Source: Planctomycetales bacterium (GTDB lineage: Bacteria > 4484-113 > JAFGCY01). From it: 32,000 nucleotides of DNA. Below the pieces are notes generated by a model. That model was given only the letters and a program-made list of their open reading frames with translations. It searched no databases and was not told the DNA's origin. Positions 1 through 7,534 of the stretch are shown here, piece after piece. The translations under genes and the position numbers were made by a program. The number at the start of each line of letters is the position of its first letter. Position 1 is the first letter of the stretch. The DNA is taken from assembly GCA_022646745.1 (NCBI GenBank), contig CP060262.1, positions 3,960,001 through 3,992,000 on the forward strand, written 5' to 3'.

Positions 1-58
1 CAGCGTCCGCGGCCAGAGCATCCACATCCTGCAGCTGCACGATTTCTTCCGCGCCTGA
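1..58 (+). CDS. 3' end of an unidentified CDS (partial, continues upstream of the window)
   Basis: Frame 2 is open from nt 2 to TGA at 56-58. Nearly all 18 codons end in G/C, like the confident genes here. Too short to name. Confidence 0.35.
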   Translation, partial: SVRGQSIHILQLHDFFRA

Positions 59-106
59 TCAAAGAACGAACCCGTCCCGATCCTGCGCCTGCACTATAAT
101 CAGTGC

Positions 107-1003
107 GTGCACAGACTGCTACACATCGCCCTGCTGCTGAGCCTGCTGGCAGCAGGCTGCTACAAGCCCGAGGCTGAATCCCACGCCCTCGGCTCCGAGA
201 AGAACCCCATCACCATGGCCTTCGTGCCCTCGACAGAGGCGGAAAAGGTCGTCAGCTCCGGCGACGAACTGTGCGAGCTGCTTGGTGAGCAGACGGGACT
301 GCACTTCAAGTCAATGGTGGCAACCTCCTACGTAGGCATCGTCGAGGCAATGGCTGCTGACAAGGTACAGGTCGGCTGGCTGCCTCCGATGGCATACGTC
401 TTCGCGCATGAGCGCAACGGCGACCAGGCGATCCTCAAGGTGGTGCGCCACGGCAAGAGCAGCTACCGCGGACAGATCCTCGTTGGCACTGACAGCGGCA
501 TTGAAAGCATCGCCGACCTGAGGGGCAAGCGCATCGCCTACCCGGAGCATGCTTCCACCAGCGGGCACCTCTACCCGGCCACACTGCTGATCGAGGCCGG
601 GCTGGACCCCGAGGTTGACCTGGAGGAAAGCTACAGCGGCAGCCATGACGCGGCCGTGCTGGCACTGGCCAAGGGCAGCGTTGACGCCGCCTGCTGCTTC
701 GAGGATGCCCGCCAGAAGCTTGTTGACAACGGCATGGATGACCTGATGCAGACGACGCGCGTGCTGGCATACACGCCTGAGATCCCCGCTGACAACGTGT
801 CGGTCAGCGCCGGGCTGGACCCGGAACTGACGTCGAAGATCAGCAGCGGGCTGCTCGCGCTGGCAGCCAGCGAGGAAGGCAAGCGGGTGCTGTTTGAGCT
901 GTATGAGGTGGAAGGGCTGGTCCCGGCGGCTGATGCGGACTACGATCCGGTGAGAAACATGGCGAACCTGCTCGGCCTGGATGTTGAAAAGGAAATTGAC
1001 TGA
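107..1003 (+). CDS. PhnD-family (phosphonate/phosphite-type) ABC transporter substrate-binding lipoprotein
   Basis: 298-aa ORF with a GTG start. The signal peptide has lipobox LLAAG|C. ITMAFVPS...YVGIVEAMAADKVQVGWLPPMAY...YRGQILV...RIAYPEHASTSGHLYP matches the PhnD/PBP type-2 pattern from memory. Confidence 0.7.
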   Translation: MHRLLHIALLLSLLAAGCYKPEAESHALGSEKNPITMAFVPSTEAEKVVSSGDELCELLGEQTGLHFKSMVATSYVGIVEAMAADKVQVGWLPPMAYVFAHERNGDQAILKVVRHGKSSYRGQILVGTDSGIESIADLRGKRIAYPEHASTSGHLYPATLLIEAGLDPEVDLEESYSGSHDAAVLALAKGSVDAACCFEDARQKLVDNGMDDLMQTTRVLAYTPEIPADNVSVSAGLDPELTSKISSGLLALAASEEGKRVLFELYEVEGLVPAADADYDPVRNMANLLGLDVEKEID

Positions 1004-1166
1004 ACCCGTTTGACTATTGGCCTTCACGTACGCTTTACCCAATCCACATATTCCCATTTTGCTGAATTCCCTGTATTGATGCGGGCTGAGGCTGCATCTT
1101 CACATACTTCTGTTACACTTCACACAGTGCCGACACATAGTGTGGCGGACGAAGGAGACCATCTAC

Positions 1167-1850
1167 ATGGCTAAGAAGCAGAAGAAGAGTGCCAAGGTCC
1201 ATGCCGGCAAGGGCATCCTGCGCAAGATCCCCAAGCGCAAGCTGAAGGCTGACAAGAAGATCCACAAGCTGGCCCAGCTCACCAACGACGCTGCCGCAGC
1301 TGTCAACAAGGCGATTGCCAAGGCGAAGCAGCACGACAGCCGCGTTTCCAAGCTGGCAGCCAAGCTGCGCACCGAGCTGAAGAAGGCCCGCAAGCAGGCG
1401 CAGAAGGCCCAGAAGGCGATTGACAAGGCCCGCAAGGCCGAGAAGGCCGCCGAGAAGAAGCTCAAGGCCGCAGTCAGCGCTGAACTGAAGAAGATGGCGC
1501 AGGCAGCCAAGAAGGCCAAGGCCGCCAAGGCGAAGAAGCAGAAGGCTGCCAAGGCCGCCAAGCAGCGCGCCCGCAAGCAGCAGAAGGCCGTTGCCAGGAT
1601 GATCAGCAAGCGCCAGCCGGTGGCACTGCTAAATGGCAACATGGGCAAGGGCAAAAAGAAGAAGGGCAAGCAGAGCCTGAAGAAGCTCAGCTCCAAGAAG
1701 CTCATCAAGGCCGCCAGCAAGCTGAAGCTGAACCCGATCAAGGGCAAGCAGAAGGACCGCCAGCTGAAGAAGCTGAAGTATAAGGGCAAGAACGGCAAGG
1801 CCGTGCTGTTCGACATGCGCAAGCTGAAGAAGGGCAAGGTGCCGGTCTAG
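1167..1850 (+). CDS. Lys/Ala-rich histone H1-like (Hc1/AlgP-like) basic protein
   Basis: ATG at 1167 lies 9 nt after the SD GAAGGAG (1151-1157). 227 aa dominated by K/A repeats (AKKAKAAKAKKQKAAKAAKQRARKQQK) and followed by an intrinsic terminator. Confidence 0.65.
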   Translation: MAKKQKKSAKVHAGKGILRKIPKRKLKADKKIHKLAQLTNDAAAAVNKAIAKAKQHDSRVSKLAAKLRTELKKARKQAQKAQKAIDKARKAEKAAEKKLKAAVSAELKKMAQAAKKAKAAKAKKQKAAKAAKQRARKQQKAVARMISKRQPVALLNGNMGKGKKKKGKQSLKKLSSKKLIKAASKLKLNPIKGKQKDRQLKKLKYKGKNGKAVLFDMRKLKKGKVPV

Positions 1851-1884
1851 GTTCCTTACCGAGAGTGGTTGAATGAGGAAACAA

Positions 1885-1912
1885 GGGGAGTCCATTACGG
1901 GCTCCCCTTTTT
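1885..1912 (+). terminator. Rho-independent terminator after the histone-like gene (may also serve the convergent VOC gene)
   Basis: GGGGAG(tcc)...(ggg)CTCCCC stem followed by TTTTT (1908-1912), 35 nt after the stop codon. Confidence 0.6.
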
Positions 1913-1977
1913 CGTGAGGGATCCGGGAAGGGGAATGTGGGATTGGCACAGCCTCCAGTCATAGTGCCCCTCCTTTC

Positions 1978-2424
1978 TTAGTTAAGCTTCTCAGCCAGTG
2001 CGATCAGGATTCCCTCGGGGCCGTTCAGATAGCACAGCCGGTACATGTCGCGGTACTGCGTGACTTCGCCGACCAGCTCAGCACCGACTGCCTGCAGCCG
2101 CGCGAGGACTGCATGCAGGTCATCCACAGCGAACATCAGGCGCCGGATGCCGAGCGTGTTGACGGGAACGGGAGTGCCATTACCGATTGCTTCAGGCGTG
2201 ATGAAGCGGCTCAGCTCCAGGCGCACTACGCTGTCCGGCGTAGCCAGCATCGCGATTTCGCAGCGGGCATTTTCGATGCCGATGGTGAGGTCCACCCAGT
2301 CTCCTTCCACAGTGGTGCGGCCCTCCACGCTCAGGCCGAGTTCCGTGAAGAATTCGATCACCCTTTCCATGTCGCGCACCATAATGCCGACGTTGTCCAT
2401 CCGGAGAAGATTTCCCGCTGTCAT
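1978..2424 (-). CDS. VOC family (glyoxalase/bleomycin-resistance/dioxygenase fold) protein
   Basis: 148 aa with ATG at 2424. MDNVGIMVRDMERVIEFFTELGLSVEG... and a second beta-alpha-beta-beta-beta half (IRRLMFAVDDLHAVLARLQAVGAELVGE) are typical of the family. Confidence 0.75.
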   Translation of the reverse strand: MTAGNLLRMDNVGIMVRDMERVIEFFTELGLSVEGRTTVEGDWVDLTIGIENARCEIAMLATPDSVVRLELSRFITPEAIGNGTPVPVNTLGIRRLMFAVDDLHAVLARLQAVGAELVGEVTQYRDMYRLCYLNGPEGILIALAEKLN

Positions 2425-2534
2425 GTTGTCACCCTTGTACCTGTACGATCATATTGCACTGAACCAGCTGTCACCTGAAAACATCCTTCGTGAGCCTTGT
2501 GCACTTTGTGGTGGGATTTTCTGTGTGCTTGTTG

Positions 2535-3296
2535 TCAGACTATCGTCTGACCTCCCAGCTCTTCCGGCCGCCAGCCAAGGCACTGCACACCGGCGGAGTA
2601 CAGTACGTGCTCCGGCTGCTCCGGCAGGTCCAGGCCGAGCTGCTCAAACACCGTGTTCTCCTCGATCGCCACACTGCCCTGCTGCAGGGGCCAGGGCCGG
2701 TGGTGTACATCACCGCGCGAGATCCTTCCATTGTTGTCAGCACTGTACAGGCAGTAGCGCTCACACAGCCAATACTCCAGGCTGCCAGGTTGCGCAGTGA
2801 ATGTCTCCCCTGCTCCGTTGAAATCAGCATCGAACTCAAGTGCCGGCGCACCACGATGCACCCGCCGGCAACGGAAACTGACAACACCCTTGTCCATCGA
2901 GTGCCGGATGCGCGCGTCGTAGTACGGCAGGTGGAATTTTGCCCGGGCCGTGCGTACCGCCAGCGGATTTGTTGCTTCCAGCGAGAAGAACCAGACACCG
3001 GGCTTTCCGTTGGCAACTACATATGTGCGCAGGTTCAGTTCCGGGAAGGCTGACATCATTCTCGGCAGCCTGTAGTGCGTCGGATTGACATTCTCCATCC
3101 GAAACGGCACGACCCCCAGCCATGCCCTGCCTTCCCAGGTATCCAGCTCCAGGCCGGCGGGCAGGTGTTTCCTTAGCAGCTCAGGGTCCAGCGACCAGTG
3201 CAGGAAGCTGAGCTCCAGCCAGTCCATAGTCATGTACGGCTGGCCGGCCGGGATCGGCCAGGGCCGGTGCTGCGTGAATTCCAGAGCGGGATGCAT
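2535..3296 (-). CDS. DUF2071 (YqjF-like) family protein
   Basis: 253 aa. WLELSFLHWSLDPELLRKHLPAGLELDTWEGRAWLGVVPFRMENV matches the conserved N-terminal signature of DUF2071 as I recall it. Confidence 0.65.
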   Translation of the reverse strand: MHPALEFTQHRPWPIPAGQPYMTMDWLELSFLHWSLDPELLRKHLPAGLELDTWEGRAWLGVVPFRMENVNPTHYRLPRMMSAFPELNLRTYVVANGKPGVWFFSLEATNPLAVRTARAKFHLPYYDARIRHSMDKGVVSFRCRRVHRGAPALEFDADFNGAGETFTAQPGSLEYWLCERYCLYSADNNGRISRGDVHHRPWPLQQGSVAIEENTVFEQLGLDLPEQPEHVLYSAGVQCLGWRPEELGGQTIV

Positions 3297-3316
3297 CCCG
3301 CTAGGATATCAGCACT

Positions 3317-4246
3317 TTGCGGCGGGCACTGCCCCGCACTGATACAATCAAGGCAGTGAGCACCGTGCGCCCGGACAACCCGCTGGACACCGCCTTCCTG
3401 GCGGAGCTGGAACGCCTGCGCATGCTCTCTCGAAAGCTATTCCGCGGCCAGATGCGCGGCGAGCGCCGCAGCCGCAACAAGGGCCAGTCCGTCGAGTTCG
3501 TCGACTTCCGCCCCTACATGAAGGGCGACGACATCCGCCGCATCGACTGGAACCTCTACGGCCGGCTGGAGCGCCACTACGTCAAGCTGTTCGAGGAAGA
3601 GGAGGACCTGCGCCTCTACATCCTGCTGGACTGCTCGGCGAGCATGGACTACGGCAACCCCAACAAGTTTGACTACGCACGCCGGCTGGCGGCCGGGCTG
3701 GCCTACATCGTGCTGTCCAACATGGAAAGCGTATCGGTCAGCGTATTCTCCAGCGACTACGACATCATCCAGACCCCCTCACGCGGCAAGGGCAAGATCC
3801 ACCCGATCCTGCGCCGCCTGAGCAGGCTGGAGGCCGGCGGCGGCAGCTCGCTGCGGGCGGCTGCTGCGCGCTTCGCAGCACATACCCGCAAGAGCGGCAT
3901 GGTGGCGGTGATCAGTGACTTCCTCACCGAGGACGGCATCGAAACCATTGCGCCCCTGCTGGGCAGTGGGCACCAGATTGAGCTGATGCAGGTGCTCAGC
4001 CCCGAGGAAGCCAACCCGCAGCTGACCGGTGACCTGCAGCTGGTGGATCGCGAAACCGGCGAGCGGATGGATGTCTCGATGGGCGTGAACGTGCTGAAGA
4101 AGTACCACGAGCGCCTGTCCGCGCTGCAGTCCGAGCTGAAGCGATTCGCACTGAAGAGCGGTGGTGACTTCTTCCCCTGCGTGACCAGCACCGGCGTGAC
4201 CGAGCTGATCATGGGAGCGATGCGCTCCGGCAAGCTGATCAGGTAG
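3317..4246 (+). CDS. DUF58 domain protein (vWA-like; usually partnered with a MoxR ATPase)
   Basis: RSRNKGQSVEFVDFRPYMKGDDIRRIDWNLYGR...LYILLDCSASMDYG is the DUF58 signature. The start is uncertain: TTG at 3317, or in-frame GTG at 3356 or 3365. Confidence 0.75.
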   Translation: MRRALPRTDTIKAVSTVRPDNPLDTAFLAELERLRMLSRKLFRGQMRGERRSRNKGQSVEFVDFRPYMKGDDIRRIDWNLYGRLERHYVKLFEEEEDLRLYILLDCSASMDYGNPNKFDYARRLAAGLAYIVLSNMESVSVSVFSSDYDIIQTPSRGKGKIHPILRRLSRLEAGGGSSLRAAAARFAAHTRKSGMVAVISDFLTEDGIETIAPLLGSGHQIELMQVLSPEEANPQLTGDLQLVDRETGERMDVSMGVNVLKKYHERLSALQSELKRFALKSGGDFFPCVTSTGVTELIMGAMRSGKLIR

Positions 4247-4295
4247 GAGGCCAGGCTGTAAGCCTGGCAAACGCCAAGCCAACGGCTTGGCCTCC
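4246..4295 (+). repeat. 50-nt double-hairpin extragenic element, copy 1 (REP-like)
   Basis: GGAGG-CCAGGCT-GTA-AGCCTGG-CAAAC-GCCAAGCC-AAC-GGCTTGGC-CTCC. A second copy (43/50 identical) lies at 24488-24537. Confidence 0.7.
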
Positions 4296-4341
4296 TTCTA
4301 CTTTTAATGGCCCGAACCCTGCGGCCTGTTCCCAGAAACGG

Positions 4342-4368
4342 AAAAGGCCGACCCGCAGGCCGGCCTTT
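4342..4368. terminator. Bidirectional intrinsic terminator between the convergent DUF58 gene and tsf
   Basis: AAAAGGCCGACC-CGCA-GGCCGGCCTTT: a GC-rich stem flanked by an A-run and a T-run, giving a U-tract on either strand. Confidence 0.65.
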
Positions 4369-4428
4369 GTGATTCCGATTGGTAGCGGGCCTGGGCCCAC
4401 TAATTGTTCGGCTTTCGCCGGATGGCAG

Positions 4429-5343
4429 TTACTCGCCCATCTGCACGCGGTGGAAGCGGGCAACGCTGATGCTGTCACCAAGCTCCTTGGCAACCGCCTC
4501 GACGATGTCCTTGACACGCTGCTTGTCATCCTTGATGAAGGGCTGCTCAAGCAGGCAGACCTCACCGTAGAACTTCTGGATGCGGCCCTCGACCATCTTC
4601 TCAGCGATCTCCTGGGGCTTGCCCTCCTCCTTAGCCTGGGCCACGAGCACGTCGCGCTCACGACGCAGCACCTCAGGATCGATGCCACTGCGGTCCACGG
4701 ACTGCGGCACCTGCGGGGTGGCAGCCGCGATCTGCATCGCGATGTCCTTGGCCAGCTCCTGGAACTTCGGGTTGTCCTGGGTGGCTGCGTTTCCGGTTGT
4801 CAGGCAGACGAGCACGCCGACGCGCGCGCCGTGCTTGTACTCCTGCAGCCAGTCGGTGGCATCGCTGCTGCGCTCAGCCACCAGCGCGCCGATCATCATG
4901 TTCTCACCGATGCGGGCGATGGCGGACGTCAGCTCCTCACCGAGAGTGCTGCCCTTGAAGCTCAGGCCCTTGACGGCCTCCAGCGCCTCGGCATCACCGA
5001 GCTTGCCGTTCACGCCCTCGGGCAGGTCGGCATTCAGCAGGAACTGGCCGATCTCATCGACCATCGCCTTGAAGTCGTCATTGCGCGAGACGAAGTCCGT
5101 CTCGCAGTTCAGCATCAGCATGATCCCGTCGTTCTTGTCCTTGCGCAGGATGCTGATGATGCCCTCGTTGGCGGCTCGGTCGGCCTTCTTGGCGGCCTTG
5201 GCAAGGCCCTTGGTGCGCAGGAGATCGACGGCGGCCTCAACGTCACCACTGGTGTCGCCGAGTGCCTTCTTGCACTCCATCATGCCCGCGCCGGTCATCT
5301 TGCGCAGTTCCATTACCTGCTTTGCACTGATCTCAGTCATCAT
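4429..5343 (-). CDS. tsf: Translation elongation factor Ts
   Basis: 304 aa. The N-terminus ISAKQVMELRKMTGAGMMECKKAL is the EF-Ts UBA-like signature, and the gene lies immediately downstream of rpsB as in most bacteria. Confidence 0.95.
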   Translation of the reverse strand: MMTEISAKQVMELRKMTGAGMMECKKALGDTSGDVEAAVDLLRTKGLAKAAKKADRAANEGIISILRKDKNDGIMLMLNCETDFVSRNDDFKAMVDEIGQFLLNADLPEGVNGKLGDAEALEAVKGLSFKGSTLGEELTSAIARIGENMMIGALVAERSSDATDWLQEYKHGARVGVLVCLTTGNAATQDNPKFQELAKDIAMQIAAATPQVPQSVDRSGIDPEVLRRERDVLVAQAKEEGKPQEIAEKMVEGRIQKFYGEVCLLEQPFIKDDKQRVKDIVEAVAKELGDSISVARFHRVQMGE

Positions 5344-5391
5344 CTTCTCCGATGGATAGATAAATGTACGGGCGCTTAATACCCGCGTAAG

Positions 5392-6318
5392 TTACTCGTT
5401 ATCGTTAGCTTCCTCAGCGGCAGCTTCGGCCGGGGCCGGCTCCTCAGCGGGAGCCTGCGCCAGCACCGGCGCCTCAGGCTGGGCGGCGGGGGCCGGAGCG
5501 GCCTCAACGGCAGCCGGCTTCTCCGCCTTCTCAGCCTTTTCCTTCTTGTCCTTCTTGTCCTTGCGGCCGCCGTCGTCATCCATGGACTCATCCTCGTCCT
5601 CCTGGGCGCGGATGAATACGCTGTCCGGCGGCAGGTAGCCGTAGCGGGCCTCCATCACGGAGTCAGCCACGATCTGGCAGAACAGGCGGATCGAACGGAT
5701 GGCGTCGTCGTTGCCGGGGAGCTTGTAGTCCACGTCGTCGGGATCGCAGTTGGTGTCGAGGATCGCGATGATCGGGATCCCGAGGCGGCGCGCTTCCTTG
5801 ACGGCGTTGACTTCCTTGTTGGTGTCAACGATGAACAGGGCGTCCGGCAGGCCGTTGAGGTCCGCCACACCACCGATGTTCTTCTCGAGCTTGCCCAGCT
5901 CCTCCATCAGGAAGTTCTTGTCCTTCTTGGTCAGGGTGTCGAAGTAACCGTCTTCCTTCTGCTTGCGCAGCTCACGCAGGCGCTCGATGCGCTTGGTCAT
6001 CGTGTTGCGATTGGTGAGCAGTCCGCCGAGCCAGCGGTTGTGCACATAGGGCATGCCGCACTTGGTCGCCTCCTCACGGACGGCGTCCTGGGCCTGCTTC
6101 TTGGTGCCGACGAACAGGATGGTCTTGCCCTGGCCGACGATCTCCTGCACATAGGCGTGCACGTCGTCGATGAAGCGGGTGGTCATCTGCAGGTCGAGGA
6201 TGTGGATCCCGTTGCGCTTTGTGTAAATGAACGGGGACATCTTGGGGTTCCACTTGCGGGTCGGGTGACCGAAGTGGACGCCGCATTCGAGAAGTTGACG
6301 CAAAGAAATGAGTGCCAC
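5392..6318 (-). CDS. rpsB: 30S ribosomal protein S2 with a ~69-aa low-complexity C-terminal tail
   Basis: GTG at 6318 lies 7 nt after GGAGGT (the longer ORF to 6429 is not supported). ALISLRQLLECGVHFGHPTRKWNPKM is the S2 signature. Confidence 0.93.
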   Translation of the reverse strand: MALISLRQLLECGVHFGHPTRKWNPKMSPFIYTKRNGIHILDLQMTTRFIDDVHAYVQEIVGQGKTILFVGTKKQAQDAVREEATKCGMPYVHNRWLGGLLTNRNTMTKRIERLRELRKQKEDGYFDTLTKKDKNFLMEELGKLEKNIGGVADLNGLPDALFIVDTNKEVNAVKEARRLGIPIIAILDTNCDPDDVDYKLPGNDDAIRSIRLFCQIVADSVMEARYGYLPPDSVFIRAQEDEDESMDDDGGRKDKKDKKEKAEKAEKPAAVEAAPAPAAQPEAPVLAQAPAEEPAPAEAAAEEANDNE

Positions 6319-6385
6319 GTTGAAACCTCCGATGAGGGGATTTGACTTTCGCCGGTTGGCCGTGGCCCGGCCTGGGCGAAGGGGA

Positions 6386-6413
6386 ATTATAACACGCAGT
6401 TGCATCTTTGCAA
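6386..6413 (-). promoter_or_regulatory. Sigma70-type promoter for rpsB-tsf
   Basis: On the minus strand: TTGCAA, 16-nt spacer, TATAAT, with TG immediately before the -10 (extended -10). It sits about 65 nt upstream of the rpsB start. Confidence 0.55.
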
Positions 6414-6466
6414 GCAGCATCCCGCGCACTCCACGGACGGGCTGGTGTGCTAGGATTTAGCCTGCC

Positions 6467-7534
6467 GTGAGCACCACACAGAACAGGTTCATACTGCGTC
6501 CGCTGGAACTGAAGCACCTGTTTGACTTCGCGATCCGCCTGCTGCGCTTCAACTTCGTCCCGATGTTCCTCAGCATGGCGATGGTGCAGCTGCCGCTGGC
6601 CCTGATTGGCATCCCGCTCAGCCTGAAGATGGTGGCGATAGCGGAAAAGTTCCAGGACCCCTCATTCATGACCAACAGCAGCGGCATGGACATCTGGAAC
6701 AGCATCGTGCTGGAGTTTGGTGACATATTCCTGTTCCTGATACTGGGCATGATCGGGGCTGCCCTGTACCAGCTGCTGGTCACCCCGCTGGGTCTGCTGA
6801 CCTGCTCCCGCCTTGCAGCCCGCGCACTTGATGGCCACCGGGACGACTTCGGCTCCGCATTCCGCTTTGCCCTGTCACGCTACTGGCCTACGCAGGTCGC
6901 GCTCGCGACTTTCTTCCTGCCTACCGTGCTGCTGGCGCTGCTGATCCTGATCATGGTACTGATCGCGCAGGCCAGCGGGTCAGACAGTGCGATCATCGTG
7001 ATTGCATCGACCGGCGTGTTCCTGATCTGGGCTGCATCAATAGCCACTATGCTGATGTACTTCCGCTTCTTCCCTGCGCTGTGCGGTGCGCTGCAGGCCT
7101 GTGAGGAAGGGCCAGACCCGGGTATGGTGGCGCAGGGTGTGTGGTACCTCAAGCGTGCATTCAGCCTGAGCCAGGGCTACTACGGCAGGATCTTCCTGAT
7201 GATGCTGATGATGTACATCGTCTGGTACATGTTCAACGGCGGCCTGCAGAGCACGATTGAGCTGCTTGTGATGCTGTATGACTACATGAGCAGCGGCAGC
7301 GTGGACATCACCGAATACATCACCCAGCAGGCGGAGGGCAATTCAGATCCGCTGCGGATGGGCCTCCAGATGTCCATCATGCACATAGTTATGCTGATCT
7401 TCCCGCCTCTGTGGCAGTGCTACAAGCTGCTGCTGTATGTTGACCTGCGCTGCCGGCGCGAGGCCTTCGACATCTACCAGCTCGTTGAATCAGACGAGGC
7501 CGGTGAGGACATGGCCATCTCCGCTCCTCAGTGA
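6467..7534 (+). CDS. Polytopic integral membrane protein, function unknown
   Basis: 355 aa with a GTG start, several long hydrophobic segments, GC3-rich codons and an acidic C-terminus. I recognise no family. Confidence 0.55.
   Translation: MSTTQNRFILRPLELKHLFDFAIRLLRFNFVPMFLSMAMVQLPLALIGIPLSLKMVAIAEKFQDPSFMTNSSGMDIWNSIVLEFGDIFLFLILGMIGAALYQLLVTPLGLLTCSRLAARALDGHRDDFGSAFRFALSRYWPTQVALATFFLPTVLLALLILIMVLIAQASGSDSAIIVIASTGVFLIWAASIATMLMYFRFFPALCGALQACEEGPDPGMVAQGVWYLKRAFSLSQGYYGRIFLMMLMMYIVWYMFNGGLQSTIELLVMLYDYMSSGSVDITEYITQQAEGNSDPLRMGLQMSIMHIVMLIFPPLWQCYKLLLYVDLRCRREAFDIYQLVESDEAGEDMAISAPQ

Noticed and set aside
4369-5379. 336-aa plus-strand ORF (also 4580-5359)
   Set aside because: Antisense to tsf, whose product is unmistakable. 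A high-GC shadow ORF.
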